Below are positions 1-12,960 of a stretch of 64,000 bases of DNA, in pieces (within the stretch, counting starts at the first letter, position 1; every line of letters starts with the position of its first letter). Origin of the DNA: Camelus dromedarius (Eukaryota); contig NC_087447.1 of NCBI RefSeq assembly GCF_036321535.1, positions 39,310,001 through 39,374,000 of the forward strand, written 5' to 3'. Below the pieces are notes generated by a model. The model was not told the origin of the DNA. It did no database searches and saw nothing but the letters and a program-made list of their open reading frames with translations. Both the position numbers and the translations under genes were made by a program.

Positions 1-119
1 ACAGAGTCTTGTTCCCCTGCTTGTGACTTCTTTCCAGCTCTGCTGCTCCTTCTTGGTTCTGGCCTCTTCGCCTCTCACCTACCTGGTCACCTGTGTCACC
101 GGGCTCTCTACCTTCAGGC

Positions 120-610
120 TCTCTTGGATCAAACCCATTTAGCCCACTGCCACAAAGCAGTTTTTCCAAGCACAGCCCCACACTGCTGAAAATCTTCCGT
201 TGGCTCCCCATCACTTACAGAATAAAATCTGGAGTCTTCAGCCAAAACACATTAGACCCTTGATGATCTGTTCCCTGTCCACCGTTCCATCTCATTACCT
301 GTCACTCCCTGACTTCCTCCTTAGATAAATATTCCAGGCACACGAGCTGCTTTCAGTTCCCAGCGGGCCATGCCTTCCCACGCCCCCAGGTTTTAGCTCA
401 TGCTATTTCTCCTGCCTGATAGACCCTTCTCCACAGCCCTGGCTCCAGGCTTCTGCCTTGAACATGCTGATATTGTGAATCACCTCCCCTGGAAGCTTTC
501 TGTAACCTGGAGAGTTTCTCCCCTTCATCTTCCCAAAACAGAATTAGTGGCTTCTTCCATGTGCTTCCTTAGTGCTTTGTAGAATTACTTACCCCATTGC
601 ATTTGCCTCT
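120..610 (+). mobile_element. L2 LINE 3' region fragment (probably resumes at ~1655-1765)
   Basis: Resembles the L2 3' consensus (ttggctccccatcacttacagaataaaatc..., gctcatgctatttctcctgcctg). An L2 terminus ending gaatgaatgagtgaa lies at ~1750-1765. Confidence 0.7.
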
Positions 611-617
611 ATGTGCG

Positions 618-1415
618 GTTCATTCATTCATTCAGCAAGTGTTTACTGAGAAGCTTTTATAAACCAGGCACTGTCCTAGGGGCTGCAGAAAGAGTGATGG
701 ACCTAACCACCAGAGTCCCTGCTTTCAAGGAATTTACATTCTTGTATGTGTGTACATGTGTGTGTTGTGTGTACAATATGCAAATAAACAAATGTATCAT
801 TTGACGTCAGACGAAAGAGAGAACAAAGTGGGTGCTGCTTCAGCTAGCTTGGTCACAAAAGACATTTTTGGCCAAGTAACCTTTGAGCAGAGATTTGGAG
901 GAAAGAGAGGAATAAGCCAAGACAACGTCTGGGGGAGGAGCGGTGCAGGCAGAGGAAGGGGTGTGCAAATGCCCTGCCCTGCAGCATTTACCGGGGAGGT
1001 CTGAGGACCAGCAGGAAGTAAATGAGACTAGAGAGGAGTGAGTGAGTCAAGGTCAGAGAAGGAGCAGAGGTGAGGGCATAGCATACTGGTCCTTTGGGAA
1101 CAGAGTAAGTCCTCTGGAATTATTCTGCATGAGCAGGGAAGCATTTGATGTATTTTAAGAAAAGGAGTGATATAATCTGCTTTGTTCTTTAAAAGCATCG
1201 GGCTGGCTTCTGTGGTAAAAATATACTGTAGGGACGAAGGTAGAAGCAATTCTCCAGGCAGTAATGATGAACAAGGACCAGGGTGGTAGCAGTGGCAGTA
1301 ATGAAGGGAGGATGGATTTGTGATCTATTTTCAAGGCGCAGCCAGTGGAATTTCCTGACAGTTTGGATGCAGGAGAGAGAGAATTAGTCCTTCAAAGGTG
1401 ACTGCAAGATACTGC
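618..1415 (-). mobile_element. L2 LINE fragment including 3' end
   Basis: Starts cattcattcattcagcaagtgtttactgag...ccaggcactgtcctagg, the reverse complement of the L2 tail, followed by L2-like body. Confidence 0.8.
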
Positions 1416-1456
1416 ATCTTAGCAATTCTCCCCCATGTCAGTATCTTCTTCTAGAT

Positions 1457-1650
1457 CAGTGGCTCTTAACCGACCCCCCACCCATGCCATTTTTCTTAAA
1501 TTCTGAGTGCTTTTGAGAATCTGGTAAGAGTTACGGGTTTTCTCCCTGAAAAATTCACCATGTGCATATGCATATACTATTTTGTTTATAATTTCAGAGG
1601 GTCATGGGCCCTCTGAATCATACCCATGAAGCCTGGGGTCAGAGTCCCTG
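1457..1650 (+). mobile_element. Short hAT-Charlie non-autonomous element (Charlie4z-like)
   Basis: Ends are cagtggctcttaacc and agagtccctg; internal ttttgagaatctgg...tctccctgaaaaat; preceded by a tctaga-type target. Confidence 0.6.
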
Positions 1651-2584
1651 CCCTTCCCTCTGAGCTCCTTGGGCCCAGCTGTGCTGTGCTGTTCATCTTT
1701 GTTTCCTGAGCAGAGTAACCTGAAGACAATCACTGCTCAGTAAACGTGCAGGAATGAATGAGTGAAAAACAGCCGCTTCTCTAGTTATTTACTTGTCCTG
1801 GCAACAAAGAATTGTGTCCCATTTATACCCCTACTGGTAACTGGGGCTATTATTACAATATATACTAATAACCAAACCGAACCAACAAACAACAAAGCCG
1901 GGAGAGGGGAGAAGGAAAAACAAAGCTTGGGAATTGCAGCAGAAAAGCATTTTAAAAAAAAATGTTCCTTTCCAAAAGCGTTGGTGGAGACACCCAAGGG
2001 AGGATGGCATGTGAGTAAAAAATGTAATCATTCTACTGGTAACTCGGGACATTTTCCACCTGAGCTGCAGGCAGAGGGAGCATCTGGCTTCAGAATTTCT
2101 GCACAAGGTGAGGGAGATTCTGGGATCCTGGTTGCCGCTAAGCCCCAGGCCAGGTATGTGGAGGGAGGGAGGGAGGAAGCACCTGTCCTGAGCATCAGAG
2201 GCCACCTGGAGTGAGGATGGGGACTGACAGAGAAAGGCCTGATGGGATTGGGGACGCAAACACCAACTTGTCACCTGAGGGCAGAAACAGGGCCATTTGA
2301 AATGATCACCCTGGCTCTCAGGAGCCTGAAAATTTGTTGTAAGGACAAACCGATCATCCAAAACAAGTGGCCTTCCAGAGGGTGCCAAGAGGATATGGCC
2401 TAGACAATGGCCTTTCTCCTTGTGAACTGAATAGGAGCCTTATTTAGCAGTTGAAGAAGTCCATGAGGAAGTTTCCATCTCCTTCTAACAAAGGAGTTAG
2501 AAACCATAAAAATAAATAAAAGCAGCTCTGAATTGTGCAAATTAGGTTTGTTATTCCCAAGGCTGCCCACTGAACATACTGATT

Positions 2585-2805
2585 CCAATTTAGCAGACAT
2601 TTATGGAGTCTGGCTGTATCCTGCACCATGTTCCCTTTAACCCTGATAATGCCCGGTTGAATTGGTGTTATTCCTTTTCCCCCTTATAGGTGAAGGATGA
2701 AGGATACAAGGCTTGAAGATGTGTACATGGCCAGAAAGTGGCAGAGCAAAAATCGGGACCCAGACATGGCTGACTCCAAATTCATGGTCTCCCATTCACT
2801 AGGCA
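2585..2805 (-). mobile_element. MIR SINE (degenerate)
   Basis: Reverse-complement MIR core and 5' part (ataggtgaaggatgaagg...aagtggcagagc...ctgactccaaa). Confidence 0.6.
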
Positions 2806-5800
2806 GCCTTTCTTAATACCTACACGCGCATCCGAGAGAAAAACAATTAGCCCTCTTTTGTCCTGTGAGTCAGAGGGAGGTTGGAAAGGGCTGTGCTCAG
2901 CCCTCCTCCCAGCTTACACATCTCACAGAAGAATGCCTTGGGAGCCCCGGCCCTGGTGGAGAGCCAGGCCCTGCAGGCAGCTGCCAGGGAACTGGGCTGC
3001 AGCTGCCTGGGTCCTGCTGTTGGTGCCTTTTCGGGCCTTGTTTGATAGCTCCTGCTTGAGAAGCCAGCCTGGAACACTGCTGCTGCTTGGAGAGCAAGGA
3101 TGCTCTCGTCGTGCCCTTTTCTGGGATGAGGTGTCTGGCCCAGTGGAGACGCAGCAATCAGAGCAGATTAAATTCAGACCTTGTGCCCAGGGGACTGAGG
3201 ATTGGTTACAATTTTGTTTTTCATTTTCTGGACATTTTTGTTTTTGCCTCAAAGTGTAAAAAGGCAACATGGGCTTTTTAAATGATGTGCAACAAAGAGC
3301 AAGAGAAGGAGAGGGGGCACCTGGGTGCCTGTGTGCCTCTAATGTGTCTCTGCTGAGCTTCTTACAGTGAAGAGAGCAGAGCTCCCAGACAGGGAAAAAA
3401 CCTTAAGAGGCTCTTGATAGGAAATACATTGGAACTTGTCGCCTACCCAATGGATCCTAATCCTCTTTCATGAGCTGAAATCCCTTTGAATTGGATTATA
3501 AAATTCCTCTTGGTAGAAGGCACTTCATTGAAAATGCAAAGCCCTTGATTTGTGAAAGAAAACAAACACTAATTTGGCTTTTTTTTTTTTTTTTTTTGCC
3601 TTAGGAAAGAAGTTGTGGGTAGATGCTTTAAACAAGCCCCGCTCCTGCCTTTTGATCCCCTAGTTCCCGAATATGTGCGGAGAACCAAGGTCTCAGGAAA
3701 GAGGGCAACCCTCCCTGCTCCCTCTTGAAGTCAGTCAGCATCTCCACGGAAGCTGTTACTCTGACTTGTTTAAAAAATTTATTTGACGCGCTGAGCAATG
3801 GGAAAAGAAAACCTTGCTGAGAAGCCAGAGAGCCCTTTTAAACGGCGCGTTAATTGGATCAAAGCTTCCCTCAATGCAGGGATAATTGCTTGTAACTGGC
3901 TAAAGTCTGTGACCTGGAATTGGATTGACAAATGTCAGTTGGCAAGTCAGAGAGAAGACTGGAGACAAACTGGCAACTGCGAAAGATTCGGGGGCAGATG
4001 GGAGGGTGGTTGCTAGGACATTTTCTCGCTGACCGCAGCTCAGATAACTCCCTTGTGGACTTCATGATCTTTTCCTAGACCTGCATCCCACCTCTGACCT
4101 GCTTCTGTCGTCTCTGATTACTTGATGCTGTGCCCTCTTTCGCCTCTTGGCTCGTGGTTTGGTGAGAACATATCTCAGTTTTCTGAACGCCACCCCTGGG
4201 TTGTGCCGTGGCTGGAGCTGGGCAGGTTGGGTCTGGGAAGAGCTAGGTCTCGATTAGAAGGAAAAAGGGGTCCATTCCCTGCATGCCAGCGCCAGGGCAC
4301 TGCCTGTGGGATGCCATTAAACATCTCAGCGTTCGGCAGGGGTAATCCAGACGCGCTGCCTTTCAAGTTCCTTGGTGCATAATAGTGCAGGATTTGTAAA
4401 GGTCTGGCAATTATGCTATTTCTCTAATCAGCTGTGTTAGGGTTTGTGAAATCCGTGGCTGCCTCTCTGTTCTTAGGAGCCTTTTGATCATGAGGAAACA
4501 GGAACTGTGAACATCAAGGAGCAGACAGGTCAAAGGGTCTCACTCTCCCTGTGTTTCCTATCCAGCTGCCAGCTACTGCCCAGCCTTTCCCACGCTGCTT
4601 CCGGCCCTTAGCTTGGACCCCAGAGCTGGCAGGGCTTCCCTGGTAGAGAGAGGATATCACAAGCTCACGGGGACACGACTTTCTCTTGCCTTATCTGGAT
4701 AGGTATGATAAAATTTCTTCCTATGTCTCAAAAGCTTAAAAGTTAAGCCAATAAAATTTCTCAACAAAGCTGGACTTCAAACAGAGGACTTGCTGTCATT
4801 ACTGGTTCTCTCCTCTCCAAGCATACCTGCAGCCTTTCCCCGGGGAGAGCAGGTGGCCCTGCTTGAGATGGCTAAGGAGCCATCCAGTCTGTGCCCTGCC
4901 AGAAGGAAAACATTATGCGGCAGAGCCAGGAGGTTCTGTACCCTAGGCTGGGGAGATTCTTAAGAGTTGCCAACTCAGAAGGGACAAAATGAGAAAGGCA
5001 TATGGGCTTGATTTCAATTTATTCATATATTTTAAAATTCTTTCATTTCTTTATGAGCAGATAAATCTATGTGCCCTGATGCAAAATTGGAAAGATCCCA
5101 AAGAGTAGACAGTGAAAAGTAAGTCTTTTTTTTTTTTTTTTTTTTTTTTTTAGCTCTTCTAGGTCCCAGCTAATCTCTGTGGAGACAACAGTGTGCCAGA
5201 GAGATTGGGAACAGGGGACGGGAGTCAGACGCTCAGCTCAAAGGCTGGTGTAAGGGCCTGGGAGGCTGTGAGGAGGGAGGAACCGAGGGAGCTGGTGTGA
5301 CCATCACTGCTGATTGGTAATGAGAAGCGGGAAGAGGGCATACAAAATGTCCAGAAATGGGGGCCCCGTGAATAGAGAATCAGTTACGGAAGGCAAATGA
5401 GGACCCTGGCTGAAAAAGACAAATGCCAAGGGATGGATGGGACGGGGCCAACTGCAGGGTTCTGAAAAGTGCAAAGGAGGTAGGCAAGGGGCACAGCAAC
5501 GTGGAACTGGGTATCCAAAGAGCAGGTGAAGTGTTGCTGGGTTTTGAAGACCATGTAGGGTTTGTCCTCGGGTGGCCAGGAGAGGGAGGGCGTTCTAGAA
5601 CATGGGACCTGCAGGGCCAAAGATCAGGTCAGGGTGAGAGACTGTAAGGGGGACATTTAGCTGTAGGTCAGGCTGAGTGTGCAAGAAAATAGAGCTGGAC
5701 TAGATTGCAGAGAACTTTGAAAACTGGCCAGAGATGTTTGGACCTGAGACTCAAGAATAAATTTGGGAAGATGAAGAAAATAAAGCAAGTGTTTCCTAAT

Positions 5801-6024
5801 GAGGTTTTCCAAGTGTCCTATTAATGTCCTGTCTGGACACCACCTTGGTGAAGCTTTCTTTGTCTTTCTCTCCAAAAGCTAAACCTTCCTCCTGTGCTCT
5901 GCATATGCTTCTGCTTACTCACTCACTACGTCATTATTCATTTACATGCCTGGCTTCTCTACTAGAGTGTCTTTCTTATTTCTCATTTTCACATTTCTGG
6001 AACCACCAATGATAATGACAGCAA

Positions 6025-6262
6025 CAATGATAGCCATGATTTACTGAGGAATTACCATGTGCTAGGCACTGTTTTATGTACCTTAAAAATATTATCTTAA
6101 TAAATCCTTTCAACAGTCCTATGAAATACATACCCATTATCAGCCCCATTTTACAGATGAGGAGACTGAGGCACAGAGAACTTACTTGCTCGGGGTCACA
6201 CTGCTGATAGGCAGGAGCCAGGTTTTGAACCTGAGCTATATAACTACAGAGCCTACGCTCTG
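6025..6262 (-). mobile_element. MIR SINE, near full length
   Basis: MIR core ccccattttacagatgaggagactgaggcacagaga, with tail atttactgag...gtgctaggcactgt. Confidence 0.9.
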
Positions 6263-8139
6263 TATTCTTCTAAAAACAATGATAACATTTGGGAAACATT
6301 TGGGAAGAACCAGGGACTGAGCAAAGTATTTTATATGTAATAGGTCAACAACCTTGGGAGGGAGGTCTCACTATTGTCACCTTTCTGCTTACAAGAAAAC
6401 TGAATCTTAAGCCATGGCTAAGTCATGGAGGAAGAAAACAAAGGGCCTGGATCCCTGTCCCCAGACTCTTAGACATTGTTCTGTCCTCCCTTCTAGTACA
6501 CAGTATGTGCTCAGTAATTATTCAAAGAATAAAGAAACGATTGAAAGAGAGGGAGGAGGGAAGGAGTGAAGGAAGGAGGGAGGAATAGAAGGAGGAAAAA
6601 AGGGGCAAAGAGGAGTGGAGGAAACAGAGGAAAAGAAATCCAACAGAATATAGTAGTCAGCTATCTCTCAAACTCAATCAGAGCTAGTAACATCAATTTC
6701 CATTGTGTAAATATTGTGAGAGAGGACTCTGGAAGAAAACCCTTTAAATCAAAGGAAGCATCACTAGTGTAAAACTCCGTAACATCACAGAGTGGTGGGG
6801 ACATCCTTTGAGTGGAAAGAACTTCCTGGAGCCCAGGTGTACAAGCCAGCAATGGATTTACTCACCAGTCTTGACACACTTCCCTGGAACAGCAGATTAT
6901 AATGAATATTGATCGCTTAAAAATCACCCACACTCAAGAGGTACCTTTTTTGAAACGTTTCTCAGTGTTTGGTGGTTCTTAAGAGATAATGTTAATCTCC
7001 ATAATTCTGTGACCCAAACTGACCATCAAGATGAATGATAACTGAAATGGTTCCCTTTTTTCAGGAGGATGTTTTTTGGCTTTATAGACACCACGTGTGC
7101 CTGTGAATGCTGGGTTTCTCTCTTGCTGTCTGCTTCAGGAAGGGATGCAATTTCTGCAGGCTAGGCAGGCCTGCTGGAGGTAATTCTCTTAGGTTAATCA
7201 AGCCATGCCTGGTGGATTTTTCTACCACAGACAGGAAGGCCTCAGTTTAGCACATTAACAGTAACCATATTTTCCAAATCCCACAAAGGGGCACCGCGTC
7301 TGGCTGAGCACCGGGTTCTGCTTTATGAATGTAGTCATGTGAACTTCTCCCCAAGGCACAAAAATGACATCATCCATCACTAGTCACTTTGTGAATTGCC
7401 TTGATGGAAGGTAAAATGGTAGGATGCTGGGAACACCCAGGGGTACAGGGACAAGTGGTTGTTGGACCCCCAAAGCCAGTGGTCTTTAAAAAGAACGGGG
7501 ATAGGGTCTCCCTGCCCCATAGATGGAGTGAGTCTCGGTGACACAGCAATGCTCACAGTCCCTGTGGTTAATGAGCTCACCCCTGGGCTGCCGGCCGGTC
7601 TGCTGCTAGCTAGCTGCCAGCCTGTCGGGTCGGGCTGTGAGTCAGCCGTGGGCTGTCACTCGATCCAGCTGGGCCACAGAGCCTCCCCCAACTCAGCACG
7701 GCAGCCTGCAGCTGGAGTTCGGGGAAGCCTGCCCTGCCCAGGCTGCCACCGGCTTCCCTTCCCTAAGTGCCTGGTGGAGAAGCAGTTCAGGCTTAGAACT
7801 GAGGGCATTGTTAAGAAGCCCCTTGTCACCCCCACAGCCATCCCACCTCTGCCAGAGGAGGCGAGCCAGCTCTGGAAGGGGACCTGCTGCACACAGAGTG
7901 TTCTTTGAAGCCCTCCAGAGATTTCATTAAATTAACCTCCTTTGTCCTGCACATATGCCATGGGAGTTAGTCAGCTTCAATGGGTAGAATCTCATCCCAC
8001 TTCCGTTTCTGCTTGGAAGTACACCCACTAGCCTCTCCCTCCAGACCCTTTGTTTTTCAGCTCCCGCAGCTATTTGGTCTATTAACCCTTACACAGCCAC
8101 ACTGCATGAGGAGGCAGGTGGAGAGGACTGCGCATTGAG

Positions 8140-8335
8140 GTTTACTAGGGCAGGAGCCTTGGCATGTATTATCCTGTTGAATCTTCATCCTAGTCCTCCA
8201 AGGTAGGAATTGTCCATTTTCTAGATGAAGAAACTGAGGTTTGAGCAAGTCATGTAATTTGCTAAAGGTCCCCGCAAAGCTGATGAAGGACAGAGCAGGG
8301 ATTCAGGTGGGTGTCCGCGTGTGATTCCTTGACTC
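8140..8335 (-). mobile_element. MIR SINE
   Basis: MIR core ccattttctagatgaagaaactgagg. Confidence 0.8.
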
Positions 8336-8778
8336 CTGCTAATTCCATTAACTAGCAAAGCAGGAGAGTTATTTGGGGGAACCTCTATTCCTCTCATTGT
8401 TTTTGTTTTTTGTTTTGCGGACAAAAATAATTTCCTCCCACAGCCCCTCCTATGAGAACCTTGTTGACTGACCCTGTCCTCGGTCAAGGGGTGATTTCTG
8501 ATGATGACGCAGTGTTGCAAATTGCAGACAGGGTGCAGCCACCTGCTTGACCAGACGACATACCAGCCTGGGTAATACAGAATGTTTCTCTGAGTTCAGA
8601 GAACAGTCACTTGCCAAGTCTGTCCGACTACCTGCTCCTCCACGCTCCACTGCCCCAGCCTCTCCACCTCGCTCTCCTGCCCTGGCCTCCAGCTTCTCTG
8701 CCCCTTCCTCCATACTTTTCCTACTGGAATTTCTAAATCACAGTGTATTCATATAGCATCATCTTCTGTTTAAAAACT

Positions 8779-9462
8779 ACCAGCAGCCTCTCTCTGGGTA
8801 TATGTCCAAAGGAATGAAATCAGGACCCTGAAAAGAAACCTGCTCTCCTACATTTACTAGAGTGTTGTTCACAATAGCCAAGACGTGGAAGCAGCCTGAG
8901 TGTCCATCAATGGATAAATGGATAAAGAAAAAGATAAATACACACACACACACCCCCATACATATATATATACACAAAGGATTATTGTTCAGCCCTAAGA
9001 AAGAAGGAAATCCTACCATTTACAACAACATGGGTGAACCTGGAGGACATTGTGCTAAGTGAAATAAATCCAGACACAGAAAGACAAAAAGTTATGATCT
9101 CACACAGATGTGGACTCTAAACTCAGTGAACTCACAGAGGTTTTGGGGGTGGGTGGAGGGGTAGAGTGGGAAAAGTGGAGAGACACTGGTCAAAGGGTAC
9201 AAAGCTTACTGCACAGTTTGCATAAGTTCTGGGGACCTAACGTACATCACGGTGACTGTAGTTAATGATACTGTACTGTGTCCTTGCCACTTGCTACAGG
9301 GTAGATCTTCAGTGTTAGAAAGGTAATGATGTGAGGTGACAGCTATGCTATCTGGGCTGACGGCGGTGACCATTTCACAATGTACACCAAAACACCATAC
9401 TGTATGGCTTAAATATACACTATTTTTATTTGGCAAATATACTTCAGTAAAGCTGAGACAAA
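8779..9462 (+). mobile_element. L1 (L1MA/MB-type) ORF2 end and 3' UTR, inserted into an L2
   Basis: ORF 8862-9062 (LFTIAKTWKQPECPSMDKWIKK) is the L1 ORF2 C-terminus. L2 sequence lies on both flanks. Confidence 0.9.
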
Positions 9463-9915
9463 CAAACTTCCAGGGCTCCCCAAACCTACTGGAAAAAGTC
9501 AAAATCCCTCAGTGAGTCTGCAGGCCCTCCCCATTGTCTCCTCTGCCAGCATCACCTCCGGATGGTTCCCTCTGTGCCGTGGATTAAAGCCACTGCAGAA
9601 CACGCACCCGTCCTTGACTGGGCAGCAGCATGTACTCAGGCCCCTAGGTCTTTCCTGCATTCTTCCTTCTACCTGGAACAGCCTTCCTTCCTGCTCTGAC
9701 TGGCAACCTCCTTCAAAAGCCAACTCCAATGTCACTTCGTCTGAGAAGACTGCACTCTCCTTGACCCCCTGTGGGGTGCTGACCTGGTCCTGTCTCCTCA
9801 AGTTAGGGACTGTCTTCCCCTTTAGGCCAGCATCCCTTGACAACAGGGGCAGGATTCGCCAGGGTGTTAACACTTGGGTCTGAACTGTGTAGCAAGTAAT
9901 TTTGTGCTATTAATA
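9463..9915 (+). mobile_element. L2 3' region (continuation of fragment at ~8700-8778)
   Basis: cttccagggctcccc...cctggaacagccttcc...caactccaatgtcacttc resembles the L2 3' consensus. Confidence 0.7.
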
Positions 9916-10186
9916 GGAGACGCACCAAAGGCTTCGAATGAGCTGCTTTTGTTATAAACTGGAGTGGATTCAAGGTTATTCTTACAATAATGTCATTTTC
10001 ACTCACTCGCATGTTTCCCTGAGCAGGCGAGAAAGGGGCGGGGCTGCAGCTAGCTTACTGATAATTGTCCCAAGTGTTAAAGGAAGAAGATTAGGAAGGG
10101 ATCAACAGATCCTGAGATACATTAGTGGGCCGTGGGTAATCCACGAGGCAGGCAGGGATGCATGTCTGCATGGAGAATTTATTATT

Positions 10187-10226
10187 TGTGTGTGTGTGTG
10201 TGTGTGTGCGCGTGCGCGCGCGCGCG
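10187..10226. repeat. (TG)n(CG)n alternating purine-pyrimidine microsatellite
   Basis: 40 bp uninterrupted alternation, read directly. Confidence 0.95.
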
Positions 10227-11129
10227 AGGCATGTGTATGTGTTGGATGCAGGAGTGCTTTATGTATTCATGTTAAAAAAAATCCCCCCAGATCAGAGCAA
10301 CAATTATTTCCACCATATGTGAGGTTAACTGTGCTAATGATGAAACAATGTGGAAAACACTTGATGTAATATTAAGAGAAAAAAAGGCAAAATCTCAACC
10401 CACATATATGTTACAAGTATATAAAAAATCAGTCCAAATCTGGGAGGAAGTCAGGCTAAGAAACAAAAAAGCACAGATCCATGAGATGGTGAGGTTTTAG
10501 GTGAATTTTTTCTATGATGGTTTGAGCAGTATCTCTATCTGGCAGACCCTTCTCCGGGGTCTACCATCACCTGGGCCGGACAGTGTGTGCTCAGCAATCC
10601 TGAAGCTGTCACCAGCCCATCTGTCTCAGGTGATGTTCCTAGAGCTCCTGGGGAGAACAGCTCACCTCACTCGCAGCCAGTGGACCTGGTGCCCACCCTC
10701 CTCAAAGGGATAGTTGGTACAAAATCCTCCATACTGGTCATCCCTGTTTTAATCAGTCATCAACCCAAGGAGAAGTTAGCTGGCCACCACTTTGCTAATG
10801 TTCCATTCTTTCCATCAGGCCCTGGACCTCCGTGCCTTTGACGGAGCACCTGACCTCCCAGACTCTCATGACAGAGCCCTCAGGAATTGCTTGTTCCACA
10901 ACCACCAAACCACCCGAGATCTTCAACTTTGTGTTCCTTCCCACTCCGTTCTGTGTAAGGAAGGCTGGCCGGCCCTGAGGACACCACACGCAGTGCACCC
11001 TTCTCCAGTCACAGCTGTTTGTCCCCCATACCTGTGGTCTTAGGGTTGGAAGGTTTGTCACTGTCCTTTTTCCCAAACGCTGCTCCTACAATGTTCTCTC
11101 CACCCTCTCAGGGCCATGCTGCTCAGCTC

Positions 11130-12960
11130 CATCATTGTCATCATCGTCCAGCCCACCGTTCATCCCCTGAAGACTTGAGTACCTGGCTTATCATCTTCCT
11201 TCGCACTCTCATCTCTGCTTGACTTCAGTATCTGGGTGGATGGCTCCTCCAGCTCCATGGCCTCATCCATGTCTTTCCTTTCCTTCTCAGTTAAGCTGCT
11301 CCAAAGAGTTGTCTCTACTTCCTGTCTCCATTTTCCTTACTCCCCTATTCCCCTTTCAGTCACTCTATGCAGGATGCTGGCCCTGCGTGCTACCAAAACA
11401 GCCCCTAGTCAGGTCACCAGCCACCTCCACGTCAGCAAATTCAAGGGACGTTTTCCCAGCCTCTTCTTACTTCCCTCTCAGCAGCAGCTGACACCAATGA
11501 CCATTCTCTCCTAGAAACACTCTTCCCTTGGCTTTAAAGACAAAATAGTCTCCTGGCTTCTTCCCTAGTTTCCCTGTATCCTTGGAGGGTCTACCCTCCT
11601 CATTCTTACCATCAAATGCTGATGGTCCTTTTCCTGGGTGAGCACATCCTTACCCACAAATAGAAGCTCTCTGTAGAGAACATGGAAATTTATACCTTCA
11701 GACTTGACCTCTTCCGAGTTCTAGGCACATAGCTCCAATTCTTGACTCGTTATTTCCATGCAGAAGTCTCAAAGGCATCTTAAAATCAACAGGTTCCACA
11801 TCTCCCCCTGCTCTCCAACACACATGGTCCTTTTTCAGTGTTCTCTGTCTTACAGGACAGCCCACTGTTCATCTAGTTATAAGCCAGACATCTCAGAGTT
11901 AGTATCTCTTTATCTTGCCCATCCTATCTCCAGTTTATCATTAAGGACTATTTCTTTGCCCTCCTAAGTTTCTCAAATCCATCTATTGCCCTTAATCTCC
12001 AACTGAACGCCCTGGTCCAAGGCAGCACTATGATTTGCAAGGACTATTGCTATGGTTTGGGCTATGCCATATTTAATCTGCGTGCCTCCAGTTCAGGCTC
12101 TACAGAGCATCTGTAAGTAGATTTTGAAGCAGTCATCTAGTTACGCTGTCCTGTGCTTAAAACCCACCATGACTTTTCATCTTTTTAGGACAATGACAAA
12201 ACCCTTAACATGATCTAAAAAACAAAACAAAACAAAAAAACCCCAAACCCTTAACATGGCTTATAGGTTTCATCTATCCCCTCATCCTATTCTCCCCTCT
12301 CTAGTTTTCTAGCCCTTCCCCATTCTCCCTTGTTCCCTCTTGCCCCAGGGCCTTTGAACGGCTGTTCCTTTTGCCTGGAATATTCTCCATATCCCTGGCT
12401 TAGTTAACTTCCACTTCTGCTTCACATGAAGCAGTGCAAGCAACTTCTTGCTTCAGTGCAAGTATCACTTTCTCAGGGAAATCTGTCCTGACCTCCTGAG
12501 GAGCTCAATTTTCCCTTTAATAAGGTTTCATAACCCCATGTACATACATCTTCACGGCACTAATAGCAGTAGACAATTATATGAGTTGTTACTATGGCCT
12601 TCTCTCCACTGACATTAGAATTCCATGGGGGGCAGGAGTCATGTCTGATTTTGATCAACACTGAATCTCCAGCACAAAATATAGAACTTGAGCACCCGAT
12701 TTAAAATCACCGCTTCCATCACGCTTACTTTTTGCAGCTTTATCTTTTTTCATAGCAGCTCCAATCACTTGCCAAATATGTATTTGTTGATTTGTTTATC
12801 TCCACCACTAGACTGAAAGTTCCACAAGGGCAGAGATTTTGTTTGTCGCTGATGGATTTTATTCCTAGCACCTAGAACAGTGCCTCGCATGTGGTAGTCT
12901 CTCCATAAGTAGTTTTGCATAGTAAGTGTTTAATAAATATTTGTTGAAGGAATAAATGTA
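11130..12960 (+). mobile_element. Long L2 LINE with endonuclease and RT remnants and 3' end; a second L2 3' piece is nested at ~12695-12915
   Basis: Decayed ORF2 motifs EDLSTWL (EN), KLLQRVV and TKTAPSQVTSHLHVSK (RT), plus tail aataaatatttgttgaaggaataaatg. Confidence 0.85.

Noticed and set aside
1762..2388. Overlapping 150-aa and 185-aa ORFs
   Set aside because: Non-ATG starts, no protein-like motifs, no supporting exon structure.
5126..5163. polyT followed by AG, resembling a splice acceptor
   Set aside because: Lies in a probable old L1 fragment, with no convincing downstream exon or donor.
7459..7930. GC-rich 149-aa ORF region
   Set aside because: Random-looking translation in all frames and too few CpGs for an island. 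It may be regulatory, but I cannot support that.
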